Positions 1-9,012 of a stretch of DNA of 64,000 nucleotides are shown piece after piece. A program made the translations under genes and the position numbers. Within the stretch, counting starts at the first letter, position 1. Every line of letters starts with the position of its first letter. This DNA comes from an uncultured Parasphingorhabdus sp. GTDB taxonomy: Bacteria; Pseudomonadota; Alphaproteobacteria; Sphingomonadales; Sphingomonadaceae. The notes under the pieces were generated by a model. It was given only the letters and a program-made list of their open reading frames with translations, had not been told where the DNA came from and did not search any database. The DNA is taken from contig NZ_CAXBIA010000008.1 in the NCBI RefSeq assembly GCF_963975735.1, positions 26,525 to 90,524 of the forward strand. Direction: 5' to 3'.

Positions 1-120
1 GTGCCCTGCTTGCGCGTTGGCGAGCAAGACGCCCGTCTCTGCGCGCACAGACGAAAATGCGCTTCCCATTATTACCAATGCTATCGCTAGATCGCGACCA
101 ATGCGTAAATCAAATGTCAT
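1..120 (-). CDS. possible 5' end of a gene running off the left edge (putative secreted protein, N-terminus only)
   Basis: The minus-strand frame is open from nt 243 to nt 1. ATG at 120-118 gives MTFDLRIGRDLAIALVIMGSAFSSVAAETGVLLANRQAGH..., which is signal-peptide-like. It is absent from the ORF track because it has no stop inside the window. No family recognised. Confidence 0.2.
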   Translation of the reverse strand, partial: MTFDLRIGRDLAIALVIMGSAFSSVRAETGVLLANAQAGH

Positions 121-371
121 CGATGCCCCCTGTTTCAGTCCTGTCACAAGGTACAGCGAGTTATTGTAGGAGAACGGATCACAAAAATCTGACGGTCGCA
201 AAAAAATCTTACGGTGACAGCGCCAGAAACTATGAATGTCCCATCATCTAACAGAACAAAATGCGTTCACTTAATGCGTTGGGCTTTGATACAGTGCGAT
301 CTTCTTTAATCGATTGATCTTTCTTTGTTTTTCAACTTTAAAGATATTCATCACCACGGGGGCGACGAAAA

Positions 372-929
372 TTGTCACGAAAGGGTCCTGATACCCAGCA
401 AATGATCGTGAGTTGGCGCGAAGGGGTTGCTGACGATCGTGATCGATTGATCCAGCATCTATTGCCTGAACTGCAGCAAATCGCGGCTGCTAGGCTTCGC
501 GGCGAGTATGGAAGCTCGCTTTCGACAGGTGATTTGATTAATGATGCAGTTCTCAAGCTGATCCGGATCGACAAGATTACTCTTGCAGACCGGGCACATT
601 TCATCGCTCTCTCATCCCGGCTGATGCGTAACATCTTGACCGATCACGCTCGCGCGAAGTCGTCAGAGAAACGTCGTCATCACAAGGTCGAACTCAACAC
701 GAGTATCGATGGCGAACAGAGATTTGATCTCGATTCACTCAATTCTGCGCTGATAAGATTGGGGGTTATTGATCCTCAATTAATGGAGATAGTTGAGATG
801 CGTTATTTTGGCGGCATGACGATTACCGATATAGCCGAAGTCAGTGGACTGTCCGAGCCAACCGTCAAACGGCGCTGGCAAACTGCCCGCGCTTGGTTAA
901 TGGCCGCTCTCGACGAGCAGGAGGTATGA
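372..929 (+). CDS. ECF-type RNA polymerase sigma-70 factor (kinase-associated subgroup)
   Basis: 185 aa. Region 2-like DLINDAVLKLIRID and region 4 HTH MRYFGGMTITDIAEVSGLSEPTVKRRWQTARAWL. The N-terminal WREG..D....L pattern is typical of the ECF subgroup paired with Ser/Thr kinases. TTG start at 372, alternative ATG at 402. Stop TGA 927-929 overlaps the kinase ATG 926-928. Confidence 0.85.
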   Translation: MSRKGPDTQQMIVSWREGVADDRDRLIQHLLPELQQIAAARLRGEYGSSLSTGDLINDAVLKLIRIDKITLADRAHFIALSSRLMRNILTDHARAKSSEKRRHHKVELNTSIDGEQRFDLDSLNSALIRLGVIDPQLMEIVEMRYFGGMTITDIAEVSGLSEPTVKRRWQTARAWLMAALDEQEV

Positions 930-3271
930 CCGATGCTGATATTGAACGCGAAGCCATAGCACTCTTCGAAGCGATGTTAGACATCGCTGAGCATGATCGC
1001 GATAACTGGTTGGCGCAACGGACTTCGAATAATTCTCCTATACGCATGCGCGTCGAAGCCATGCGTAGAGCTGACCGGAATGCTATGCTCCGTACTGGTA
1101 CTGCATCCGAAACTATTTCCGAGGAACTTGCTCCAGAGAGGATCGGTGCTTATCGGATAGTGAGCTTGATCGGTCGGGGCGGTATGGGTTCAGTCTATCG
1201 CGGCGAACGCGACGTGGGCGATTTTGACCATGTGGCTGCTATCAAATTAGTCAAGCCTGGGCTCCTGTCGACATCATTAACCGATCGGCTGCGAAAAGAA
1301 CGCCAAACACTTGCACAGTTGCGGCACCCCAATATAGCTCAACTTTACGATGGTGGTGAGACTCCCGAGGGACTTCCCTTTATCGTCATGGAATATGTTG
1401 ATGGCGAGCCTCTGCTCAACTGGGCTGACGGCAATAAATTGGATCTGAAAGCCAGAGCTGCATTGTTCGTGACAGTATGTGATGCCGTCGCATTTGCTCA
1501 CCGCCATCTCATTGTTCACCGAGATCTGACGCCATCGAATATTCTCGTTACATCGGACGGCACTGTCAAGCTGATCGACTTTGGTATCGCCAAGCCCGCT
1601 GAGACCGACACCGTGGACGTTCTGACGAGTTTGGTTACACCATCGATTGCTAGCCTAAGTCTGACGCCAGGTTTTGCCGCACCTGAACGGCTAACCAGCT
1701 TGCGGGTAACGACAGCTGCCGACGTATATTCTCTCGGCAAGATACTCGCCGCACTGATTCCCGAAAGTGAGACAGATCTTTCGGCAATTGTGTCAACGGC
1801 GACAGCTACTGAACTGGAAGATCGCTATGCTACTGTCGACGCTTTGCGTGATGATGTATCCGCTTGGCTTGAAGGTATGCCAGTCAGTGTGCGGCCAGGT
1901 GGGTGGCGTTATCGTACGGTGCTTTTTGTCAATCGTCACAGGCTCGGTAGCCTGTTAGGCGGTCTTGCATCGGTTTTTATAATTGGCGCATTGATAGTTG
2001 CGACTGTGGCTTATTCGCGAGCAGAGCGGGCCCGGCAAGCGGAGGCTGCGCGCTTTGCCGAAGTCCGCGATTTGGCCGGCTTTATGATTTTTGATCTCGA
2101 AGAGCGGCTTTCACGGGTCGTTGGGACAGGCGAGGCGCGAGTGGCGCTGACGAAACGGGCGCAAATTTATTTATCAGAACTGGCGAAGAATTCTAACGTT
2201 ACTGAGCAACTTCGATTGGAGGCAGCACGAGGCTTTCTTCAGTTAGCACTTATCCGCGGAATACCGGGTCAACCGAACCAAGGCGATCGCGTCGGTGCTC
2301 GACATAATATTTTGGACGCTCTCAAATTACTTCATGGAATGGAAACGGCAGAATCCAGAACCCTGAAGGTGCGTGTTTTGGCTAAACAGGCATTGCTGGA
2401 AGCCCATGTCGATAGCGATCTCAAAAAGGCAGGTGAGAGTGTTGAGAAAGCAACGCAGAATCTTGAAGCCGTCTCTGAATCTAAGCGTGGCGCCGCTTGG
2501 AAATCGGCGCGCAGCGACGTCCGGCGCAGCCAGCTTGAGCTAGCTTTGCTAAATGGAGATGCAGACGGGATTCGCAAATTTGCCGCTCTGCTGGCTCGCG
2601 AAGCACAAGAGCGTAGTTCCGATTCACTGCCTGATAGCGACGTTCGCCTAGATCAAGCCTTGGCAGAGCATTTCCTTGGGCTCGCTGGATATTTGTCGGA
2701 CAATCTCGATGAAGGCGTAACCTATTTCACAAATGCCGATCAGCGCTTCGCAGCGATCATCAAAGACGAACCAAATGAACCAAATTTGCTCTATTTGCGT
2801 GCTTTCAACGCTTATACAGGCCACGGAACCGCCGAAGGGTTGCCAGGGAAACGGTCCGCGGCAATCGCGTTTTTGCGTACCGCGACCGATAGTGTCGACA
2901 GGCTATTGGCTGTAGAACCAAATGATGCCGCAATGCTCAGTTTTGCAGCAGCCGTTAAACAAGCCCAAGCACAAGATCTGTCTGCTCAAGGTCGCTATTC
3001 ACAGGCAATCGAGACGCAGAAGCAAGTGATTGAGAATTATACTTCAGCTTACAGGCGCAGCAAAAGCCCCGGAACTGCCAACAAGCTTGTTGGTGCATAT
3101 CAAACGCTCGGACTGATTTTCGATCAGGCCGGTAATAAGAAACAAGCTTGCAACGCTCGTACCGATGCGATTGATTCGCTAGATGTCCTAAGAAAGGCCA
3201 ATCAATTATTGGGTTCTATTGAGGCGATGGAAGTGAAAATTAGGGCTTCTTTAAAAAGCTGTCCGGCATGA
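926..3271 (+). CDS. membrane-anchored Ser/Thr protein kinase with a large helical/TPR-like C-terminal domain
   Basis: Hanks-kinase motifs GRGGMGSVY, VAAIKLVK, HRDLTPSNILV and DFGIAK. One TM helix (LGSLLGGLASVFIIGALIVATVAY) followed by about 400 aa of helical repeats. Start set to ATG 926 (MTDADIERE), which overlaps the sigma stop (ATGA). Confidence 0.88.
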   Translation: MTDADIEREAIALFEAMLDIAEHDRDNWLAQRTSNNSPIRMRVEAMRRADRNAMLRTGTASETISEELAPERIGAYRIVSLIGRGGMGSVYRGERDVGDFDHVAAIKLVKPGLLSTSLTDRLRKERQTLAQLRHPNIAQLYDGGETPEGLPFIVMEYVDGEPLLNWADGNKLDLKARAALFVTVCDAVAFAHRHLIVHRDLTPSNILVTSDGTVKLIDFGIAKPAETDTVDVLTSLVTPSIASLSLTPGFAAPERLTSLRVTTAADVYSLGKILAALIPESETDLSAIVSTATATELEDRYATVDALRDDVSAWLEGMPVSVRPGGWRYRTVLFVNRHRLGSLLGGLASVFIIGALIVATVAYSRAERARQAEAARFAEVRDLAGFMIFDLEERLSRVVGTGEARVALTKRAQIYLSELAKNSNVTEQLRLEAARGFLQLALIRGIPGQPNQGDRVGARHNILDALKLLHGMETAESRTLKVRVLAKQALLEAHVDSDLKKAGESVEKATQNLEAVSESKRGAAWKSARSDVRRSQLELALLNGDADGIRKFAALLAREAQERSSDSLPDSDVRLDQALAEHFLGLAGYLSDNLDEGVTYFTNADQRFAAIIKDEPNEPNLLYLRAFNAYTGHGTAEGLPGKRSAAIAFLRTATDSVDRLLAVEPNDAAMLSFAAAVKQAQAQDLSAQGRYSQAIETQKQVIENYTSAYRRSKSPGTANKLVGAYQTLGLIFDQAGNKKQACNARTDAIDSLDVLRKANQLLGSIEAMEVKIRASLKSCPA

Positions 3272-3719
3272 TCACTGCCGCCTTCAATGGTTCAGCGGCG
3301 ACCGCTTCGTGTAAATCTATAATGAAGTACAGAGGCAAAAGATAAGGGCAAAGTAGACGACAAGCCAAATCTATTTGGATGACCAACCCTAAACGGAGCC
3401 GATTTTCTTCTTGCCAAGCATAGACGATGGCATCGTCTGAGTGTCTGCTTTCAGAAATTCCTCGCGACGACCTGATAGTCTGCAATTGGGCGCGAAGCAG
3501 ACAAAGGATCCGACTGTTGTCAATAACCGCTCGTGGGGCGTTAGCCGACTAGCCGCTTTTGACAAAATTCGGATAATCCACTGGACTTCGGTGTTTGTTC
3601 GAGCATTGCTATTGGGGTCGCTGCAAATAACCGCGACACGCCGCAGGGTTTTCAATCCCATCCGCGGCTTGGGTCAGTGGAAGAGCCGGATAGACCGGCT
3701 CCAATGCTGGAGACCCAAT

Positions 3720-3968
3720 GTGCCAACGACAAAACCCAAGACGCAAACCAAATCCGCCACCGTTATTGCGCTGCTAAACCGCGGCAAAGGCGCAACTCTT
3801 GGTGATATTTGCAAAGCCACAAAATGGCGAACCCACAGCGCTCGTGCGTTCCTGACTGGCCTGCGCAAGAAAGGCTTTACTATCACCCGCGAACAGCGCG
3901 GCGATGATGGCACGGCCTACAGGATTACACAGAATCCGGATCAGAGCGCGATACAGGCAGCATCATGA
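3720..3968 (+). CDS. DUF3489 domain protein
   Basis: Core ATLGDICKATKWRTHSARAFLTGLRKKGFTITREQRGDDGTAYRI resembles DUF3489 proteins. The track ORF 3441-3968 was trimmed to the in-frame GTG at 3720. Its stop overlaps the next ATG (ATGA at 3965-3968). Confidence 0.6.
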   Translation: MPTTKPKTQTKSATVIALLNRGKGATLGDICKATKWRTHSARAFLTGLRKKGFTITREQRGDDGTAYRITQNPDQSAIQAAS

Positions 3969-4423
3969 CCGCACTCGAACAGCAGTTGGCCGAACTGATG
4001 ACAATGCCCCCTGCCCAGCTGCGATCCTTGTGGCGCGACACATATCGATCGCCTGCTCCCGACATCGGACCAGACCTGCTCAGGCGCGGTATCGCCAATC
4101 GCCTGCAGGAACGTGTGCACGGCAGCCTGACAGGCGCCACCACGCGAGAAATCCAGCGCCTTCGCAAACGCGTCGAGCGCACCGGAAAAGCCGGCTACAT
4201 GCACGCCATCTCGTTGAAAACCGGAACCAGACTGGTTCGATCGTGGAACGGCAAAAGCTTTCATGTTCTGGTATGTGATGACGGGTTTGAGTTTGAGGGG
4301 CGCCACTACGAGAGCCTCAGTCATATCGCCCTAGAGATAACTGGCGCCCATTGGTCCGGCCCTCGCTTCTTCGGATTGAAGAAGCGGAGCGGATACAAAT
4401 CCAAGGCATCGGCTTATGTCTGA
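3965..4423 (+). CDS. DUF2924 domain protein (recombinase-associated)
   Basis: 152 aa. PPAQLRSLWRDTY ... GTRLVRSWNGKSFHVLVCDDGFEFEGRHYESLSHIALEITGAHWSGPRFFGL matches the DUF2924 pattern usually found just upstream of large serine recombinases. It overlaps the recombinase start by 8 nt. Confidence 0.65.
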   Translation: MTALEQQLAELMTMPPAQLRSLWRDTYRSPAPDIGPDLLRRGIANRLQERVHGSLTGATTREIQRLRKRVERTGKAGYMHAISLKTGTRLVRSWNGKSFHVLVCDDGFEFEGRHYESLSHIALEITGAHWSGPRFFGLKKRSGYKSKASAYV

Positions 4424-6059
4424 CAAACCCAAAAAGCTGCGCTGCGCCATCTATACGCGCAAATCGACCGAAGACGGGCTGGAACAGGATTTTAACAGTC
4501 TGGACGCTCAGCGTGAGGCCTGTGCTGCCTATATCCTCAGTCAGGCCAGCGAAGGCTGGGAAGCGGTTCCCGAACTGTATGATGACGGTGGCTGGTCTGG
4601 CGGTTCAATGAACCGACCTGCCATAACCCAGCTTCTCGGCGACATAAAAGCCGGCAAAGTCGATGTCATCGTTGTGTACAAGGTTGATCGACTGACCCGC
4701 TCGCTAGCTGACTTTGCCAAAATCGTTGAGATACTCGACGAGAACGAAGCCAGCTTTGTCAGCGTCACCCAATCGTTCAATACAACAACCAGCATGGGGC
4801 GCCTGACGCTGAACGTCCTTCTATCATTCGCGCAGTTCGAGCGCGAGGTGACCGGCGAACGCATCCGCGACAAAGTTGCGGCATCCAAGAAGAAAGGCAT
4901 GTGGATGGGAGGCGGTGTGCCGTTTGGATATGATGTTATAGAACGCCAGTTAGTGATCAACCAATCTGAAGCGGAAATCGTGTGCTGGATGTTTGAACGC
5001 TACACAGAGATAAGATCAGTGCCGCAGCTGGTCGAGGAAATGGCGGCGAAAGGTATCAAAACTAGAATGCGTGTCTGGAAAACGGGAAAGGTTGTGGGTG
5101 GAGTTACTTTCAAAACCGGTACTCTGACCCATCTCCTTCAAAACCCGGTCTATGTTGGCAAGGTGAAACATAAGGACAATGTCTACGATGGAGCCCACCA
5201 AGCCGTAATCTCTCAAGAGCTGTTTGATATCGTTCAGGGCACCTTTGAGGCCAATCGACGCACCAATGCGCTGGGTAAGAAAAGCCGCAACCCGAGTCTG
5301 CTAACGGGCATGATCACGGATCCAGATGGCAAACCGATGACGCCCACCCATGCAACCAAGGGATCAAAACGGTTCCGCTATTATGTCACCCGTACCCAAC
5401 CAGGAGACCAATCAACCAAATGGCGCATGCCCGCTGGGGAAATCGAGAGGCTGGTGGTTGATGCAGTTGCGAAGCAACTGGGCTTTGTTGATTCCAACGG
5501 CGATGAGACCGCAGCTCATCTTTCCGAGCTGATAAACAAACGTCAGGATATTGCTGGTGCCCTGCCCGGCATGACCATCAGGGAACAGCGCAAAATATTG
5601 CTCAGCAGGCAGACCAGCGTGGAGGTGAACGAAGCTGCTATAAAAATAAGTTCCAAACCATCAGATCAGGATGAGCCATCCACAATATCCGTCAAGGCAA
5701 AGCTGGTGAGCAAGGGCTCCGACTTAAAACTCGCTATCGCACCTGACCAAGGCCCGCCCAAACGGGACCCCGATCCAGTGCTTCTACGATTGATCGCTCA
5801 TGCGTTTGCAGCGCAAGACCTTCTGCTCTCAGGAAAACCATCGCCGATGATCGCAGAATATAGCCCGCGCCATCTCCAGCAGCTTACCCGGCTAAGCTAT
5901 CTTGCCCCTGACATTATCTCCTCCATTATAGATGGCGCGCAGCCAGTTGATCTCACCGGCCGCAAGATCCTGCGCATTGGCGGCGTTCCGCTTTGCTGGA
6001 GAGCACAGCGCGAGCTGCTCGGCTTCAACGGAAGCTCGAAAACCACCCAATTCCAATAG
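4416..6059 (+). CDS. large serine recombinase (resolvase/invertase N-terminal catalytic domain)
   Basis: 547 aa. RCAIYTRKSTEDGLEQDFNSLDAQREAC (catalytic Ser context), VYKVDRLTRSLADF and SFAQFEREVTGERIRDK, then the recombinase domain and a long C-terminal extension. Confidence 0.9.
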   Translation: MSDKPKKLRCAIYTRKSTEDGLEQDFNSLDAQREACAAYILSQASEGWEAVPELYDDGGWSGGSMNRPAITQLLGDIKAGKVDVIVVYKVDRLTRSLADFAKIVEILDENEASFVSVTQSFNTTTSMGRLTLNVLLSFAQFEREVTGERIRDKVAASKKKGMWMGGGVPFGYDVIERQLVINQSEAEIVCWMFERYTEIRSVPQLVEEMAAKGIKTRMRVWKTGKVVGGVTFKTGTLTHLLQNPVYVGKVKHKDNVYDGAHQAVISQELFDIVQGTFEANRRTNALGKKSRNPSLLTGMITDPDGKPMTPTHATKGSKRFRYYVTRTQPGDQSTKWRMPAGEIERLVVDAVAKQLGFVDSNGDETAAHLSELINKRQDIAGALPGMTIREQRKILLSRQTSVEVNEAAIKISSKPSDQDEPSTISVKAKLVSKGSDLKLAIAPDQGPPKRDPDPVLLRLIAHAFAAQDLLLSGKPSPMIAEYSPRHLQQLTRLSYLAPDIISSIIDGAQPVDLTGRKILRIGGVPLCWRAQRELLGFNGSSKTTQFQ

Positions 6060-6241
6060 TGCATCTGGTGCCAGCGTTTTGGGCCATGGAGATAAAAAGG
6101 CATTATGCCCTACTATGGCCGCTGCCAAATGGTCTCTGGTCACGGGAGCTCCCATGCGGCGCGAGCTAACCCTCTAAGAACTTGGCATTAAATTGGCCCA
6201 AGGCCGCAGTGCCGCTAGACATTGAAAAATAAGAAAAAAGG

Positions 6242-6317
6242 TGGTGCCCGAGGGCGGATTCGAACCACCGACACAGCGATTTTCAGTCGCTTGCTCTACC
6301 AACTGAGCTACTCGGGC
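6242..6317 (-). tRNA. tRNA-Phe (anticodon GAA)
   Basis: The reverse complement reads GCCCGAGTAGCTCAGTTGGTAGAGCAAGCGACTGAAAATCGCTGTGTCGGTGGTTCGAATCCGCCCTCGGGCACCA. It is a 76-nt cloverleaf with anticodon loop CTGAAAA, a GTTCGAATC T-loop and an encoded CCA. Confidence 0.95.
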
Positions 6318-6418
6318 ATCTGGGCCTGCGCGATGCGCTGGCCACGTTAGGAAGCGACGCTATAGGCGGGGCTATTGCTGCTTGTCCAGCCTAAAAATGG
6401 CGGTTTTGTTGCGCCTGT

Positions 6419-6622
6419 TCAGTCCTCTCCATTTCGGCCCGAATCCCCGGTGAAATGTTCAGCCAGTTCATCCGGCGAAACCGCCTGCCCGGGGATTTTA
6501 TAGCCGTCGCCCAGCCATTGCAGCAGATCGCGATCCTTGCAGCCTGCGCTGCAGAAAGGGGCGAATTCTGCCGTCGCTACACGCTTGCACACCGGACATT
6601 TTGGCGTTTTTGTTCCGGCCAT
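6419..6622 (-). CDS. yacG: DNA gyrase inhibitor YacG (zinc finger)
   Basis: 67 aa with CPVC...PFCSAGCKDRDLLQW, the YacG zinc-ribbon signature. Confidence 0.85.
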   Translation of the reverse strand: MAGTKTPKCPVCKRVATAEFAPFCSAGCKDRDLLQWLGDGYKIPGQAVSPDELAEHFTGDSGRNGED

Positions 6623-6631
6623 CTGCTATCC

Positions 6632-8095
6632 TTATCCCAACAGTCCGGGAAACAGGCCCGACAGCAGGATGGCAGATATCACCAGCGGGCAGAGCCAGCG
6701 GACCAGAAACAGCCAGATGCGATGCAATTCGCCGTCGAGACCATTTTCGCTGTCGATCAACCGCCGGTCGGCGATCCAGCCGACAAAGATGGCGACCAGA
6801 AGCGCGGATGTTGGCAGCAATATTTTCGCGGTCAGTTCGTCAATGATGCCGAACACCGGCTGACCGGAGAAGATCATGAAGTCAAACGGCTGGAAATCGG
6901 CCTGGCTGTTGAACGAGAAACTTGCCCAGGCACCGATCAGGAAGGCGAGCCCGCCCAATATGATCGTCACCAGCCAGCGCGGCTGTTTGAACCGCCCTAT
7001 CGCCCAGCTGACAGAGGCCTCGAGCAGTGCAACCGAACTGGTCAGCGCTGCAAAGAACACCATGATGAAGAACAGCAATCCAATGAGCGATCCCGCCGGC
7101 ATGGTCTGGAACGCGACCGGCAGATTGACGAATAACAGTCCGAGCCCGCCCTGCACCTGTTCCTGGCCATCCAATATTGCAGTCAGACTGGCCGGAGCGA
7201 GCGCGGCGAATGTTATCGGGAATATCGCCAGACCGGCGATAATCGCAACCGACGTATCGGCGCTGGCGATCTGGACCGATGTTTTTGCCAGATTGATGTC
7301 CCGCGCCGCATAGGCACCATAAGTGATCATCAGTGCCGACCCCAGAGACAGCGAGAACAGGGCCTGACCGAGCGCCGACAGCTGGACCGACGGGTCGAGC
7401 AAACGCGCCGGCTCGAAATCAAACAGAAATTCCAGAGCCGCACCGAATGATCCGGTAAAGGCACCATATATGGTAATCGCAATCAGCAAGATGAAGAAAA
7501 TCGGCATCAGCCAGACAGCGACTTTCTCGATGCCGCTGCTGACGCCGCGTCCGACGAAGAATATCGTCAGAGCCATGAAAATGGCGTGCATCGCCAGCAT
7601 CTCGCTGCTGTTCGCCTGCAGGGCCGGCAGCAGGGCCTGGACCTGATCGACCGACGAATCCTGCAAGGCGCCTTGCGCCAGACCGCCCGATGCGAAAGCA
7701 TGGACGACATCGCCGACAAAAATGCCGATAAAATGCACGATCCAGCCCGCCAGGACGCTGTAATATGTGAGAATCAGGAAAGCACCGACCATCCCGATAC
7801 CGGCAGCGACGGACCACCAGCTTGACGCGCGGGATTCGATTGCCACCTTCTTCATGCTTTCGATAGCCGACCCCTGACCGTGGCGGCCAATGAGTGTTTC
7901 GGAAAGCAGGATCGGCAGACCGATCAGCAAAACGCAGAAAATATAGAATATGACAAAGGCACCACCGCCATTTGCGCCCGCTTCAGCGGGGAAACGAACC
8001 AGATTGCCGAGCCCGACGGCCGAACCGATCGCGGCCAGGACAAATGCGGTTCGCGAGGACCAGCCCTCTCCTCTTGGTGCTACTGCGCCTGCCAT
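6632..8095 (-). CDS. sodium-dependent transporter, neurotransmitter:sodium symporter (NSS/SNF) family
   Basis: 487 aa, polytopic. The N-terminal AIGSAVGLGNLVRFPAEAGANGGGAFVIFYIF is the NSS family signature. Confidence 0.88.
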   Translation of the reverse strand: MAGAVAPRGEGWSSRTAFVLAAIGSAVGLGNLVRFPAEAGANGGGAFVIFYIFCVLLIGLPILLSETLIGRHGQGSAIESMKKVAIESRASSWWSVAAGIGMVGAFLILTYYSVLAGWIVHFIGIFVGDVVHAFASGGLAQGALQDSSVDQVQALLPALQANSSEMLAMHAIFMALTIFFVGRGVSSGIEKVAVWLMPIFFILLIAITIYGAFTGSFGAALEFLFDFEPARLLDPSVQLSALGQALFSLSLGSALMITYGAYAARDINLAKTSVQIASADTSVAIIAGLAIFPITFAALAPASLTAILDGQEQVQGGLGLLFVNLPVAFQTMPAGSLIGLLFFIMVFFAALTSSVALLEASVSWAIGRFKQPRWLVTIILGGLAFLIGAWASFSFNSQADFQPFDFMIFSGQPVFGIIDELTAKILLPTSALLVAIFVGWIADRRLIDSENGLDGELHRIWLFLVRWLCPLVISAILLSGLFPGLLG

Positions 8096-8147
8096 ATTTC
8101 ATTCTCCCCGTAATCTCGAGCCGGTTGCGGCTTTGTTACCCCTGTTA

Positions 8148-8531
8148 CTAGCTGCGCATCAGCATCGGGCCAAGCGGTTTTCCGGCAAAAATATGGACGT
8201 GGAGATGGGCCACTTCCTGATGGCCGTGCTTGCCGACGTTGGCGAGCAGGCGATAACCCGGCTCAACCATACCGGCTTCGCGGGCGACATGGCCGACGGC
8301 GCGGACAAATCCGGCGATTTCCGCGTCGCTCGCGCTGGCCGAGAAATCGTCCCAGCTGACATAGCGGCCTTTCGGGATCACCAATATATGTTCCGGTGCC
8401 TGCGGATTGATATCGTGGAAGGCGAGCACCCATTCGTCTTCATAGACGGACTTGTTGGGGATCTCCCCGCGCAGGATTTTCGCGAAAATATTATCGTCAT
8501 CATAAGCCAGGGTCGGGTCGATCGCCATCAA
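8148..8531 (-). CDS. HIT (histidine triad) family protein
   Basis: 127 aa with the HLHVHIFAG histidine triad. Overlaps the hisE stop by 4 nt. Confidence 0.88.
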   Translation of the reverse strand: MMAIDPTLAYDDDNIFAKILRGEIPNKSVYEDEWVLAFHDINPQAPEHILVIPKGRYVSWDDFSASASDAEIAGFVRAVGHVAREAGMVEPGYRLLANVGKHGHQEVAHLHVHIFAGKPLGPMLMRS

Positions 8532-8848
8532 TTTGCTCCTCTTGCCGCTTTTTCTTCCAGGCCGGACAGGCCTTCGCGGCGCGCCAGTTCGGCGGTCACG
8601 TCATCGAGAGACAGGTCCATGTCGGCGAGCAGCACCATCAGGTGGAACAGCAGGTCGGCCGCCTCTCCGGTCATCGCCGCCTTGTCATCCAGCACAGCGG
8701 CAATCACCGCTTCGGTCGCCTCTTCACCAAGCTTTTCCGCCATTTTGGCACGGCCTTTGGCCCGCAGGCTGGCGACATAGCTTGTTTCCGGCTCCGCTTC
8801 GCGGCGTTCCAAAATCGTGCGTTCGAGAGATTTGAGAATATTGGTCAT
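8528..8848 (-). CDS. hisE: phosphoribosyl-ATP pyrophosphatase
   Basis: 106 aa. SYVASLRAKGRAKMAEKLGEEATE...EAADLLFHLMVLL is typical HisE (MazG-like). Confidence 0.88.
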   Translation of the reverse strand: MTNILKSLERTILERREAEPETSYVASLRAKGRAKMAEKLGEEATEAVIAAVLDDKAAMTGEAADLLFHLMVLLADMDLSLDDVTAELARREGLSGLEEKAARGAN

Positions 8849-8925
8849 CGCTGGCGGTTTGCGCGACGGATCGCCTGTTCGTCAAGTCCTAGCGACACAA
8901 GTTTGCTGATCCTGTGACAATGGCG

Positions 8926-8962
8926 AAAAAAAGGGACCGCCGGTTGCCCCCCTGACGGTCCC
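8926..8962 (-). terminator. rho-independent terminator downstream of the PEP-CTERM gene
   Basis: The minus strand reads GGGACCG-loop-CGGTCCC followed by TTTTTTT (plus-strand A-run 8926-8932, stems 8933-8939 and 8956-8962). Confidence 0.6.
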
Positions 8963-9012
8963 ATCCGGGCCACACCGCAATTGGAAAGCGGACGGCGCCG
9001 GGAATTTGTCGA

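Larger units (their letters stand above)
1..6241. mobile_element. right-hand end of an integrated element / genomic island (partial; extends beyond the left edge)
   Basis: A DUF3489-DUF2924-large serine recombinase triad with overlapping stops and starts sits next to the 3' end of tRNA-Phe. Cargo is an ECF sigma/kinase pair. Composition is patchy and more AT-rich than the core to the right of the tRNA. Confidence 0.45.

Noticed and set aside
3441-3719. N-terminal 93 codons of the track ORF 3441-3968
   Set aside because: Only the C-terminal roughly 80 residues resemble DUF3489 proteins. The upstream part is low-complexity or odd in composition, and an in-frame GTG at 3720 gives a protein of typical size.
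6060-6241. Search for a duplicated tRNA-Phe 3' segment (att direct repeat) within the window
   Set aside because: I found no second copy of the tRNA 3' end by eye anywhere in 1-6241. The other island end is presumably outside the window, so no att site is claimed.
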